Shown piece by piece: positions 26,533 to 39,770 of a DNA stretch of 64,000 nucleotides (positions are counted from its first letter, which is position 1; the number at the start of each line of letters is the position of its first letter). A model generated the notes under the pieces. That model was not told where the DNA came from. It ran no database searches and saw nothing but the letters and a program-made list of their open reading frames with translations. Both the position numbers and the translations under genes were made by a program. The stretch comes from Octopus vulgaris (taxonomy: Eukaryota), in contig OX597822.1 of the NCBI GenBank assembly GCA_951406725.2, forward strand, positions 55,552,001 to 55,616,000, read 5' to 3'.

Positions 26533-27116
26533 TAAGTGCTTCTAGGCGGTGTCTCGTCTGTCTATCAATAGAAGTCAAGTCTCAAGTAATAATCTACAAT
26601 CATTTCAACACAAAGAATGTATTAGATCCTATACTTCCGAGAGGCTATCAGTAAAGCGAGGAGACTAGGCGGTCCAAAGCTTGGAACGCCTTTCATCGTC
26701 GGCTGGATAAGGATTGGCGTGTAACAAAATGTAGGTTACACAATTTGCCAAAAGTATACTTCATTAATTTAAATGCTTTGTAGCAGTTAAAAACAACAAT
26801 GATGTACATTTGTTTGTAATTATCCTGGACAGCCCGATCGAGACAGATATGATAATTAGCGTGGTATACTAATTTATAAGATATGTAAGATAAATGTAAA
26901 GAATATATTAAATGTAAAGAATAACGATTAAACATTAGCGTTTAGCGATTAGAATAATGTTGCTTGCTCCCTTTATGGTTTGTGCTTTCTGTTTCAAGTA
27001 ACAGTAAGTGTGTGTATGTATGTGTGAGAGGGAAAGAGAAGGAGAGATGGGATAGATAGATGGAGTGAGAGAGAGAGAAAGGAGAAAGTGAGAGATAGAG
27101 ATAGATAGATAAATAG

Positions 27117-27178
<62 letters not shown>

Positions 27179-27454
27179 TATGTATGTGTTTACTTTTTAT
27201 AATTTATGAGAATTGAAGGGAGCTGGTCTCCGACAAAGAAGCAAGAACCCCTCTCACTGGAATTTGGATCAATAACTGTTTTGCTTTAGAAAATGCCACC
27301 ATCTTTGTTTCCATGTTTGATATTTGCGATGAAATAGCTTCGTAAATATATTGTGTCTGGGGAGAGTCATTGTCTTTTAATGCTTTGTTAATTAACACAC
27401 CCACCCATTTGATTTTCACTCATTTACTTATTTACATTTCTTTCTAAAATTTTT

Positions 27455-28125
27455 GTTGCTGCCTGCGTCATATTTTGCCAAATGCTTGGCGATACCTGCT
27501 CAGAGGCCTACGAAAAGTTTTCAAAAAGTTTTTATCGTTCTCGACACAATCAAGGAAATCTTGTGCAATTGAGACCCGGGTATATTTTTGGTCAGCTGAA
27601 AGCAGTTTTGAGACACGCGTCTCATACCCAAATCTTGAGTGATAATGGACTGAACTAGATCGTAACTAATCTGCACATCCTCTCATAACTTACGGATGGT
27701 GATTCGACGATGTCCCCTCTCAGCTGAACGCACATCTACGATGTTTTTCTCAGTTCTGCTGATTACTTGTCTCTCAGAACGTTCGTCAACATCGGTATTT
27801 TTTCAGCCATCTTGGAAACGTCTAAAATACTCCTAAACTTGCATGCAGCTCATAAAGTCATCTCCATACACTTTCTGCAAATTTTTCGTAGGCCTCTGAA
27901 CAGGTATCGCCATGACAACTTTCTCTGTCATGGTCAATGTGATGATCACACGCTACACACGTTCCTTCCAAGCACAGCTGTAAACAGCGGAAGTGAGCTA
28001 GAATGTTAAAACTTAGTGCGCACGCACAGCAGAGTTCAAGGTCAATCTGTGCCAAGTGGCTTCACTCGGCATGCTCTAGTTTCGTTACTATGGCAACAGT
28101 CCAGATACTATTGATCAGACCTCGA
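27455..28125 (-). mobile_element. Mariner-like transposon remnant (5' TIR and transposase N-terminus)
   Basis: Minus strand CGAGGTCTGATCAATAGTATCTGGAC TIR-like end and GDTCSEAYEK/LQKVYGDDFMS...FRRFQDG HTH region. Short inverted copy at 27485-27527. Confidence 0.7.
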
Positions 28126-29105
28126 ACCCACAACAAACACACTTACACCTGCACACACCCTACACACACTTTTACCCAGATATTAACACCATGACACACG
28201 CAAATATATGGTTCCACACATACACATAATTTGATACGGGTGCAAAACATCCAACACTATTTTTTGGAAATGACTGTAAATATTGACTTCACACAAACAC
28301 GTTGCTTCCCGATACAGGCACAAGGCCAGCAGAACTATAAATATTGAAAATTGTACCCACACACGCACACATATATACACGCGCGCGCGCCCCAACATAC
28401 ATATAAAACACACACACGCGCGCGCGCGCGCACACACATACATACATATATCTCTTCCTGTCCTAAACGAACTTACTTATCCAGCTCAAATTCAGTCAAG
28501 CGGAAAATACACTCCTTAACTACGCGCTAAAAAGCTAATTAAAATATCCACATGACGTCTACTGAGCAGCCTGAACAATAAGAATTTTCAACAACGCTAT
28601 TTTCGAAAACTCCATACACCACCCACATCAACATTCATTCTAAACATTCACATGACCTCTATTATGACCACATCCACGTGACCTCTTTATTCTGACCAAT
28701 AAGAAATTTTAGGCGCGACACTAGCCAAATTTTAACATCTCTGGAGCCTATTTTCTTACCCCAACACCAACTTCCATTCAAACATTCACGTGACCCCTTT
28801 ATAATGACCAATCAAAATTGTATTGACCATTGTCCACAAGAAATTTTAGGCGCGAAACCAAGCAAATCTTAAACAACTCTGGAGCTTCTTTTTTCACATA
28901 TAAGAGACAGCAAACCCAACATAAAGTCAGATAAGAGAAAAAAATCTATCAGAAAGGAACTCTATCTCTCTTTAAAAATATCTTTTGATAAGCATAACAA
29001 ATGCGCAACCGGTAAAAAGAACTTTCACCTAATTAAATACACTCTCCCTTACTTAAATTATTTTGTCAGCATTTTCTTCATTTCCTTTTTTTTATATATA
29101 TATAT

Positions 29106-29449
29106 ATAAAATGAGATAGGGGTTTGTAAATTCAACCCTCCATGGGATAACATATATCCAATATACTGCTAGAGAAGTACCTAACAAAGCTAATACATAA
29201 ATGTTAAGAATTGCGATGCAATTAATTCATTTACTGTATTAGGTGGGCAAAGGTAAAATTATTTTTACCATAAATTAATAATACAAAATAAGAAAATGGA
29301 GAAATATATCTAAATCATTCATCAACTATCAGATAATACCGAATCATATACTTTATTAAAACACTCTCTTGTGTAGTGTTTTAATAAAGTATATGATTCG
29401 GTATTATCTGATAGTTGATGAATGATTTAGATATATTTCTCCATTTTCT

Positions 29450-29456
<7 letters not shown>
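29106..29456. repeat. PLE-terminus-like element containing a perfect 81-bp-arm hairpin
   Basis: 29285-29365 pairs with 29375-29455 (9-nt loop). Homologous modules recur at 34151-34412. Confidence 0.8.
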
Positions 29457-29503
<47 letters not shown>

Positions 29504-29507
<4 letters not shown>

Positions 29508-30001
29508 AGGAAAAATTTTTTTTTAAATGCAGAATGCTCAAATGAAAGAAAATTTTAATAAAATGAGAAATTGATAAAATATATAAATATATATTTATTC
29601 AACCGGTTTTCGTCATTGTATGACTTGTCAAGAATATTTATGTTTAAAAAGTTTCTTAAAAATTAGAAAGGGGAAAAAAAGAAAATTGCATTGTTTTTTG
29701 CAAAAGAATAATGATAAAAATGTACAAAAATTAAAAAATAAGTACTCCGATACATTGTGAGTTCGTTGTGTATCTTGAGTTTAATGATTGTTCACGAAAA
29801 AATTACCTTGAGGTATTAGGATCCAAAGGGATTAAGAGCATGTGTTGTTTGGTTTAATTCAGGATGTTGGCAGGACAGGAAGTAGTAGTAATTGTGGTCT
29901 ATTAAAATTTTCTTTCATTTGAGCATTCTGCATTTTTAAAAAAAAATTTCCTTACTTATCATTTCTCCACGTGCGGTCAACACAACCCCACCATTTATTG
30001 A

Positions 30002-30003
<2 letters not shown>
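29504..30003 (-). mobile_element. Mini PLE-terminus element: 57-bp inverted repeat, ~47-nt tail, hammerhead-like motif
   Basis: 29504-29560 pairs with 29900-29956; flanked by (TA)n. Confidence 0.7.
29596..29636 (-). ncRNA. Hammerhead-like motif with U3-A8 core
   Basis: TATTC TTGACAA GTCAT-ACA-ATGAC GAAAA CCGG TT GAATA; one extra A after GAAA. Confidence 0.55.
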
Positions 30004-30056
<53 letters not shown>

Positions 30057-30671
30057 GAATGGAGTAGGAAAAACGTTTTTAGATGGTAAGGAAAAATACC
30101 GAGGGAAGTTTGTAATTTCCTTCATATCTACCCTCACTACCACTATGTATTGAATCAACAAGAGTTACGGAATGGAGTAGGCTTTCATAGCGAGCGAAAC
30201 TTCAAGAGTGGTAAGATCCACGTGTGGTGTATACCGCCGGCTGTTCTGCAGGCCAATGATATCTTGATTAGATTAAAGGTTACATTGTCGTAAGGAGGCA
30301 CATGTTGACGCAAGGAAGATTCAATCAGAATGTGTTGAGGGCACAGTATGAGAGGAGTATATACATGTAGGGAGAAATAAGTATTAGAAGAAGGGAAGAA
30401 AGAAGAAAATATAAGAGGCAGGAGGAACTTAAGCTAGGTCAGTTGACTGGTAGTAAGTAATAGAGTTGCTTTGGCTGAATTACAGAATTTAGTAAGGGGA
30501 TTGAAAAAATAGATAATTTGGAGGGGAAATATTTTTGGTCAAGGGGGAGAAAGAAACTGTGTATGAATAAAGTAAAGTAGGGTGAGGAATTTAAGCACGG
30601 TTATTTGACTGTTGATTTTCCGAGGGCTTTTTTGGCCGAATCACAGAAATTAGCAGAGGAGTATTATATAT

Positions 30672-31072
30672 ACTCTTTTACTAGTTTCAGTCATGTGACT
30701 GTGGCCATGCTGGAGCACCGCCTTTAGTCGAGCAAATCGACCCCCAGGACTTATTCCTTGTAAGCCTAGTGCTTATTTTATCGGTTCTCTTTTGCCGAAC
30801 AGCTAAGTTATGGGGACGTAAACACATCGGTAGTCAAGCGATGTTGGGAGGACAAACACATGTGTATATGTTTGTGTGTCTGTGTTTGTCCTCCCAACAT
30901 CGCCATATATACAACGGGCTTCCTTCAGCTTCCGTCTACCAAATCCACTCGAAAGGCTTTGGTCGGCCCGAGGCTATAGTAGAAGACACTCGCCCAAACT
31001 GCCACACAGTGGGACTGAACCCAGGACCATGTAGTTTGTAAGCAAGCTACTTACCACATAGCCACTCCTACG

Positions 31073-31075
<3 letters not shown>
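30672..31075 (-). mobile_element. SINE family 1, full length
   Basis: All modules present. The internal microsatellite is replaced by a small hairpin (30841-30900). Confidence 0.9.
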
Positions 31076-31160
<85 letters not shown>

Positions 31161-31165
<5 letters not shown>

Positions 31166-31196
31166 GCCTACATACACCTCCACCACTCCATACTAT

Positions 31197-31244
<48 letters not shown>

Positions 31245-31415
31245 CAATAATAATTCTCTAAATGAGATATAGACAGTAACTGCTCCATAACATAAGGGAC
31301 TAAAGCCATCTGAATATGGCTAGGGACAGGGCAGGGTGGTGGGGGTTGCAACAGTAACACCCCCACCACCCTGCCCTGTCCCTAGCCATATTCAGATGGC
31401 TTTAGTCCCTTATGT

Positions 31416-31447
<32 letters not shown>

Positions 31448-31494
31448 TATATATAACATAGTATGGAGTGGTGGAGGTGTATGTAGGCGTGTGT
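31161..31494. repeat. Nested inverted repeats: perfect 60-bp-arm hairpin inside a ~39-bp outer inverted repeat
   Basis: 31287-31346 pairs with 31359-31418; 31161-31199 pairs with about 31456-31494. Confidence 0.85.
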
Positions 31495-32894
31495 ACTCGT
31501 AAATTTACGGGTAGAGGGGATAGGAGGGAGAAGGAGCTGAAATAAACGGAAAGAAAAAGTACGGAGGGAAGTTTATAATTATCCACCCTCACTACCTCTA
31601 TCTATTAAACCAACAATATTTCTCCCCTTTAATTTCTTGATTGTCAATTACAAACTTCTCTCCGTATTTTTCGTTATCATCTAAAAAAAAAAATCACCTC
31701 GACAGCTTCATACTTTAGCTTCGTTACCATGGCAAAAGTCTGTATACGTAGCCATTCTTCATTCTTATCTTCCTTCCCCACTAGACAACCAAATAATCTC
31801 ATGCAGTATGCCTGCCTCTCTTTCTCTCTGTCTTTCTCCCCCTCTCCTGCAGTCTATCTAACCACATGTCGTCTCTCCCTTGTCTTTTTCCTGTCATTTC
31901 TATCACCATTATTAACCTGTTGCTACTCTCTACTGTTCTCTTCTTATATCCCTTTACCTTTCTCAACTAAGATACTACTGGCCATCCTTCAACTCTTTAT
32001 ATCCACCCTTAAACCAACTCAATCTGTCTACCTACTTTTCCTCATTTCCTGTATCTCTTGTCCACCCCGACACTCTCTTGAGTACACTTGTTTTTCTTTA
32101 GTTGTACACACAATAACTAGGTCTATTTTATGTCTGTATTAATACAAAGCCACTCACCAACTTGTCACTATATAAAACAGACCACGAATTTCTCTTTTGG
32201 TTTTTGTTCTTCTTTTTACATCTGAAACGCTTCTGGTGGTAGTTTTCCCTTGCAATGAATAATTTCAATTGAATTTACTAACTTACCATATGACACGTTT
32301 GAGTCCATACCTACCTAGTAGTAACTCTACTTTATTAAAAAACAAGATGTGTAGCCGATGACCTATAAAAGCAACTGTTTCATTGCTTACACGTTTAGGA
32401 TTATTCTCTACTTAATTGTCCCGATCGCAATTAAACACATGAAATGTCATACAACTTGTGTTACATTCTTAGAATATCTGATCCAAGTTATTTTTCCTTT
32501 CATTCTGCTGCTGTTGTTGTTAGTAAGAATGCCAGGCCACTTCATCAATTAAATTAATCCCGATGTGTATCGGTGTTGATAACCTACTTTTTCAGATAAA
32601 TAAGTCCGGTAAGTCTTGTGCTTCTCTACGTTATTATTATATTAAAATCGATTCCTACCTTCAATTCGACAATTACAACTTCTAGTTCCACCAGGTAAGG
32701 GTATATCTATTAAATACGATTCAAGAGGAATATTACGCAGGTTTATCTTACCACTATCAAAGGTGCAAAGTCCATGGCCACAGCCCCTTCGTCCAGACCA
32801 AGAAAAAAATTCAGTTTGATAGTAACATATACAAGTAATCCATTCTTTAAGATAAGATAAGATAAGATATGATAAGATAAGAGCACGGCACTAA

Positions 32895-33120
32895 AAAGGT
32901 GGCGAGATTCCACAATGGTTAGTGCATCGGAAAAAAATGCTTAGCAGCATTTCTTCCATAAGTTTTTGCTTTCTGAGTTCGAATTCCGCCGACTTTGCCA
33001 TTCATCCTTTTTGAAGTCGATAAAATAAGTACTAGTTGAGCACTGGAATTAGTGAAATCGACTTACGTTTCATTCTACTCATCAAGAAAACTTCAGGCCT
33101 TGTGCCTATAACAGAATGGA
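32895..33120 (+). mobile_element. SINE family 2, degraded
   Basis: TTCTGAGTTCGAATTCCGCC...TTCATCC...GTCGATAAAATAAGTAC. Confidence 0.8.
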
Positions 33121-33284
33121 TTACTACAGGCACCAAAACTTAGTCAGTTAAATATATAAAGAGCAGAATTGGTAACAACTGAATATTGCCAAACGTTGCA
33201 ACATTTCATTCCTGGTTTAGGGATAATACTGCAGTAGCTTGGGGTAAGGGTCAAATGGTCTTATGCGTTCAGTATTCTTACATA

Positions 33285-33600
33285 TACAAGTTGCATTCCA
33301 GAGGTTTTGAGACTTTTCTTCTAGGAGAGGCAGTTATAACTGCCCTAGGTTATAATTTTAGGATATCATCACCATACATCTAATAAGCTTACCTCCTAAC
33401 TTATTCTAAATTGAAAGAGACGGCCGAGACGGCACTTCGAACACACCCTGCTAAACACTGCTTTTCACAGTTGACTAGTTTGCAAAATGCACTCTCGATG
33501 TGAAGACACATTGGAAGCTCACTATAGAATAAACTTTTGTGTTGAACTAGGCTAAAATGCTACAGAAACTTGTCACTACTTGTGGATTAAACTTTGTAAG
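33285..33600 (+). mobile_element. Possible mariner 5' remnant
   Basis: Degenerate TIR-like start and NFCVELG*NATET-like transposase N-terminus near 33530-33570. Confidence 0.4.
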
Positions 33601-34150
33601 CCAAGCGTCTGCTTTTCGTCGGTACAAGAGAACAGACAAAGTATTTATTTATTTGTATATTACATTTTTTATATATCATATAACTTAGATCAAGTATTAG
33701 CGCTTTCTCCCATTCTAGTGGGGTTTTCAAATCAAACTAAGTTCCTGTGTGAGGAGTTTTGACCATTTTATAGTGGTATTGAGTTTGTAGCGGTAGGAAG
33801 GAATACAAGACAGTACAAGAGGGTGATGGATGAGGAGAAAGTGAGAGAGAGAACATGTGTGTATGTGTGTGTACGTGTGTGTGTGTTTGTATTAGGGATG
33901 AGTGCTAAAGAAAAAGAGGGGAAGGGAAAGGGAAGAAGAGGAAAATAATTTTTTGGGTCTGCTGGACAGAATATTGACTCAAAGGGGGTTCTAAGGTCAC
34001 TGAGTATGTGGTGGCGGGGAGGTAGACCATAAATTATATTTCTTTTTATCATTGTGAGAGAGTGTGTGTGTGTTTAATGAGGGATGGTCAAATGTTATAC
34101 CTGTACATCATCTCCAAACCTTCCAATATATATATATATATATATATATA

Positions 34151-34413
34151 CAAGATAAGAAAATGGAGAAATACATCTAAATCAAATATCAATTACTAGA
34201 TAATACTCAATCACATACTTTATTAAACCACCACATAAGAGACTGTAGGGTTAAACATAAAAAAGCTGAACAAATCAGTGTACATAAAGGAATGTACATA
34301 AAAAAGTGTACATAAAAGAGTAATGTTGTATAATAAGTAGAATATCTATAAAAAAAGAGAATACAAATATAAATCCCATGGAGGGTTGCATTTACAACCC
34401 CTATCTCAATTTG

Positions 34414-34446
<33 letters not shown>

Positions 34447-34608
34447 GTACTGGGAGAATAAGAAACGGAACGAAGCGAACGAATCGAATCGAACCCGACG
34501 CGAGGGCGCGGTCAAACAATAGTGTAATAAATAAAATATATGCATGTATACATGTAGATGTAGGTACGTACATATATGTTTGTATGTATGCATATATTTT
34601 ATTTATTA

Positions 34609-34614
<6 letters not shown>
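34151..34614. mobile_element. Two PLE-terminus-like fragments between TA tracts
   Basis: 34151-34412 rearranges modules of 29106-29456. 34441-34614 has an inverted repeat (34519-34545/34587-34614) and matches 16230-16315. Confidence 0.6.
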
Positions 34615-34697
<83 letters not shown>

Positions 34698-35181
34698 AAT
34701 ACAAAATGGGACAAGAACGCAAAACATTCAAATAGACGATACAAAAACACGGACGGGTCATTCGAAGCCTCTAATCTTCAGTCAAGAACCGGATCATCCT
34801 CGCAATTTCGGCTGATTAATCTTGAGATTGCTCCAATCTGGCCAGCCCCAAGGAAAAACTAAGCTACGAACATTAGATTTCTTGGAAAAAGGATCGAATG
34901 TATACGAAACAAGGACACATTTATAAAAATGGTAAGACAACGAAAGAATGAAATAGACCTCGATATTATATAAATAGAGGAATTTATCTGTAAATGTAAA
35001 ATGTCTTAATAATTTGTTTTAATAACGGTCAATCACTCAGTAATTTCCCTTTGTATAACGGTCATTTGTCATAGTATTTTTCCGATGGCCGGATAACTGA
35101 AGAGATGGCGGCGTGGATTTCCACCTCGGCATCCGAAAGTTTTATCATGGCTACCGAATAATTGTCACATATTACATTTAC

Positions 35182-35243
<62 letters not shown>

Positions 35244-35603
35244 ATATAATATGTATGTGTGTGAGAGGAAACCATGTGCGATCAGCTTGTTTCCAGTTTT
35301 TAGTCTCCCTTCCATAACAACGAAATGAACATACATTATATAATGTCGCTAATATTGCATCCATACACTTTAGCCATTCTTTACGTTTTTTTGGGTCTAT
35401 TTTTTTTCTGTGCATATTCATCTTTAACTGTTTGATCCTAATCGATGATTAATTCTATCCACCACAAACAATAACCTAATATAAAAATAACTATTTTCTT
35501 CCGTCATAGCTCTTCTACAAGTGGGTGATACTGATCCTACGAGAAGTAGGTGGAAAAGTTTATAACTGGGACAAAGGAGGAGGGCGCGGTAGGAGATGAT
35601 AGA

Positions 35604-35737
35604 GGCGGAGGCAAAGAATATGTACACCACCCATTTTCGGCATAACAAAAACCGTAACCCTAACCCTAATCCAAACCCTAAGCCCTAACACTTACCCATA
35701 CCCTAAACACTGGGTGTACGTATTCTTTACCTTCGCC
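35604..35737. mobile_element. MITE with 25-bp TIRs enclosing degenerate (TAACCC)n
   Basis: GGCGGAGGCAAAGAATATGTACACC / GGTGTACGTATTCTTTACCTTCGCC. Flanks GATGATAGA / GACGATAAA (7 of 9 match). Confidence 0.65.
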
Positions 35738-36419
35738 GACGATAAATCCATATGTACAGGTTTTTGTAATACCTGGCTCCCATTTAAATCCTTTGTTATA
35801 TAGGTACAAAACCAGCGAATTTAGGGGAGGGATCATCAATTACATCGACCGTAGTACTTGACAGGCATGTACTTTATCGACACCGTAAACCAAATTTGAA
35901 GTCAGAATATCCGGAAGAAATGCTGATCAGTAGTTTTGCTCGGCGGGGTAACGAACCTGTGGCTCTCTGCCTTTGTCTTCTATTTAAAAATTAATTTACA
36001 CAAAATCTAAATGCAATGTTTACGAGGTGGGTTCCAGAATAGATGTCACGAAAAGGAATTTTTTAAATTATTTTTTTGTATTTTTGTCATTTTATGCCTC
36101 CACATTCAAAAGAAGATGTTATCTGCATTTGAAAAAAAGAAGTGCTTTTCAAACTCCTTACCTCTTAATCTGCTCCTGGCTTTCAAAATAGCTGATACGA
36201 TTAAACTGCGTTTTTTCTTTTCTTTTTCTTCTTTTCTCTCGGTATTTTTTTGTTATTTTATAATATTGCACACTGGCTATTCACACTTTTTAAAAGAAAA
36301 TTATTTTTCAGATTTAAAAAAAAAAAATTTCTTATCGCCTGCAACTAGACGACTCAAAAATTAAGTGAATTTATTAACCTGCTCCTGGTCACTGTGACTT
36401 ACACAAGTGGATCTCTTTC

Positions 36420-36630
36420 AACTTTTGCTTGTTTCATTTATTAGACTGCGGCTATACTGAAGCACCATGGTAGAGAATTTTTAAACGAATGAAACGATCG
36501 TGGTACTTTTTTTTTGCTATGCCTGGTACTTATTCTATCAGTCTTTTTTTGCCGAACCGCTAAGTTACGGGGACGTAAACACACCAACGTCGGTTGTCAA
36601 GCGGCGGTGGAGAATACACACACACACACA
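36420..36630 (-). mobile_element. SINE family 1, 3' half (5' half at 39305-39490)
   Basis: GCCGAACCGCTAAGTTACGGGGACGTAAACACACC. Confidence 0.85.
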
Positions 36631-37012
36631 TACACACATACATATGTAAGTATAGCATTAAGTATCTATATGAAGTTTGGGTGGATGTAATGTCTGTTCT
36701 CTCGCACATAGCTGGTATGTAATTGTACATTTGTTTCCATGTATTATGTATTATGTGTAAAAAACATCCTGATGAGGGGAGTGTCAATTTCAAATATATG
36801 AAATGTTTCATATTAATTGGAACGTTTCTGAAACATTTTTGTAATTTTGTATATTAATCTTTTCTGGGTTTTTTCTGGAATTTTAATACGCCATTTTAAT
36901 ATGTCATTGTATGTTTTATTACCCCAAAGTTTTAATTTTAACAAATTTTTACCAAATGTTTTATGATTTTAAGCGTAAATTCAATGTGTTTTATATGCAA
37001 CACTGATTCTTA

Positions 37013-37368
37013 TCTACCTATATAAAAGCGGAAAAAAACTTGCACACTTTGGCTTTGGTAAGGATTCAATGGCACTAGACGTGCTAAGATCGAGCTGAAA
37101 ATTGGCAGGGATACTAAATGCGTAGTGAGGATGCGACCCGCGATGATTAAAATTCGCAAGCTATAAAGATGTGGTTGCTATGGCAAAGAGATTGATTTTT
37201 TAAAAATATTTCAGCATTCAGAAATAGATACGTTGTAAGGGGAACAATTCAGTAGTTTCAATGATTACATTTACAAGTAACGACTGTACATAAATATCAA
37301 GATTACTTATCTGTTGCGAAATAATATGTGCGTGTGCATGCGTGCGTGTTTTCGTGTGTGAGTGTGTA

Positions 37369-37414
<46 letters not shown>

Positions 37415-38606
37415 TGTGTGTGCGTGCATACGAGCGCGAGAGTTGGCTGTTAATTCAATCGAACATAAAGAAATCAAAAAAGTAGATAAAAAAGCAATTA
37501 ATAATTTTAAGAATAATTTCACCAAACCTGATAGTATAAAAGGTAGCAAAGCATGATAAAAGATAAGAGTAGAAATTAATATTATTTTTAGCATATAAGA
37601 GATCCACTGAGTGGTCTCTCCTCTTGTCTATCTACCTATATAAAAGAGGAAAAACTTGCACACTATGGCTTTGGTAAAGATTCAATGGCACTAGACGTGT
37701 TAGGATCGAGCTGAAAATTTACACATCTATAGAAGGCGTGGTATAGATACGGCCAGAGTAAGCTTCAAGTCTCTATCTCGATAGCAAAGGCCTGAAACAC
37801 TGCATTTTCTGTGAGTGAGTAGATGTCACTATTGCCTTGAGTTGTGTTCACGCAACATGTTGGATTCTACGCGTGACTGTGCGCGTGTTTTCGCGAATGC
37901 AACGGAAAAATGGGGTGAAAACACGTTCAATTTCTAAGTTTTTCGAAAAACAAAATATGAGCATACACGTAGAAAAATTTCCTGAATCGTTTGGAGCAAG
38001 TTTGAATTCTCTAGCTTGAAAAATGCAAATACTGGCAGTTTTGAGTGTGCCTTTTTAAGGAATTCTCAGTTGAAAATGGTGTCAAAAAATAGCTCAAAAT
38101 GAGAGCATTATTTTGCAGACCGAATCGATTCAAAAATCAAACGGGAAGTACTCTTAATATCAATGAAAATATTCGTGAAAATGATCTCGCTAAGTTGTGT
38201 AAGCATTCACGTATCAATTTTTGCGAGGTGAATTGTCTGTGTATGGCAGGTTTGGTAGCCTTCAACTAACACTATCTCCTCCGAGACCCCGCGGCGCAAG
38301 TTCACCAAAATTGAGGGTATGATAGAAGAAGGCTTGCTCTTCCTTCCGTAGAAGAAAAAATTCAAATCGGACCATGTTAACACCAAGCAGTATTTACATC
38401 AAAAAGGTGCTTTTTTCTATGAAAATCCCTATTTTTTACGATTTTTTGACTACTGTGTCGCCATTTTTCGGTGTATTTCAACCAGAAAAATGTTCACTGA
38501 AAGAGAATAACAAGCTACATAATGCAAAATGTTTACTTTTCAAAAATTCCAATTCTAAAGGGTCGAAAAGAAAACAAAACCGAGCAACGCCGGGCGATAC
38601 TGCTAG
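37013..38606 (+). mobile_element. Non-autonomous Helitron with duplicated 5' terminus
   Basis: A|TCTACCTATATAAAAG at 37013 and again at 37631 (~90 bp repeated). 3' end CCGAGCAACGCCGGGCGATACTGCTAG|T is the same as that of the 18457 element. Confidence 0.85.
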
Positions 38607-38945
38607 TATATTTATATATTTTATATGATGTTTACTTATTTATATATTATTATATTATATTTTTAAACGTCGGACTTTATATCTGTTCTGTAGATATAAA
38701 TGAATATATGAATATATGTATGTGTTTGATCTTTCTGTGGATTTTGTAATGTTCCTTTAGTTGCTGCTCACGTTGCCTCACCTCAGATTAACAAGCTATA
38801 TATATATATAATAATATTAGGAAGTAAATCCAAACTTACAGGGAAAAATTAAATTTAGGATTAAATCTAATTTTACTTTTTATCTTATATTAAACTTTCT
38901 AATACTTTTTGATAGTTATATATATTTAATTAAAATAAAATAAAA

Positions 38946-39053
<108 letters not shown>

Positions 39054-39247
39054 TATATTTATATATATAAATTTATAAATATAAATTAATAATTTTAAAT
39101 TTTTAACTTTAAATTTAAATAATTTGAATTTTGAATTTTATATTTTTTGTATATTATCTTAATTGATTTTATTTCTATGTTTTGGTTTATGTTTTTCACT
39201 GTTTGATTTGCCTAATAGTGGTTTTATCTCAATTTATCTCTAATTTA

Positions 39248-39304
<57 letters not shown>

Positions 39305-39307
<3 letters not shown>

Positions 39308-39490
39308 GGCGGACTTTTTTTCAGTTTCCATCTACCAAATAAACTCATAAGGCTTCGGCTATAGTAGAAGATACTGACCCAAGGTGCCGTGCAGTAGGAC
39401 TGAACCCGGAACTATATGGTTAAGCAATTTAGGACTGAACCCGGAACTATATGGTTAAGCAAATTTCTTACCACACATCCACGTCTGTGC
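39305..39490 (-). mobile_element. SINE family 1, 5' half, with small internal tandem duplication
   Basis: AGGACTGAACCCGGAACTATATGGTTAAGCAA occurs twice. Confidence 0.85.
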
Positions 39491-39729
39491 CTGTGTGTTA
39501 AAAACAAAACTGAAATTTTGTGAGTATCAATAAAAATACAATTTCAATTATTTGAAATGTAGAAAAGATTATTTTTAATTAAAGAAAATTATAATTGGTC
39601 AAACACTCTCTTTGTTTTCCTCGGTCTCTATCATACCTACAGTTTATTGCAACACGCTTTTGAAACAAACTGTATATTTATTTCTGTGGTTTTTCTCCTC
39701 GTTTCCTAACTGAATATTTCTTTCTTTAG

Positions 39730-39760
39730 GCTGGAGGGAAATCCTGTCGAGGAATATTGA
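39730..39760 (+). other. Candidate terminal coding exon (LEGNPVEEY*)
   Basis: CTAAC branch-like motif 39706-39710, pyrimidine tract and TAG acceptor. The peptide resembles a leucine-rich-repeat LxGNP end. No upstream exons identified. Confidence 0.25.
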
Positions 39761-39770
39761 TGCCCTAAAC

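Noticed and set aside
26056-26654. Signal-peptide-like exon MKFFILHYVFL joined to a downstream exon
   Set aside because: Gives only a ~49-aa peptide with no recognisable motif, and the splice sites are weak.
35300-35421. THAP-like peptide DPKKRKEW...VCSF
   Set aside because: The N-terminal CxxxxC and the conserved His are missing.
36762-36850. CTGATGA...GAAAC hammerhead candidate
   Set aside because: Stems I and III cannot be formed convincingly; at most a decayed copy.
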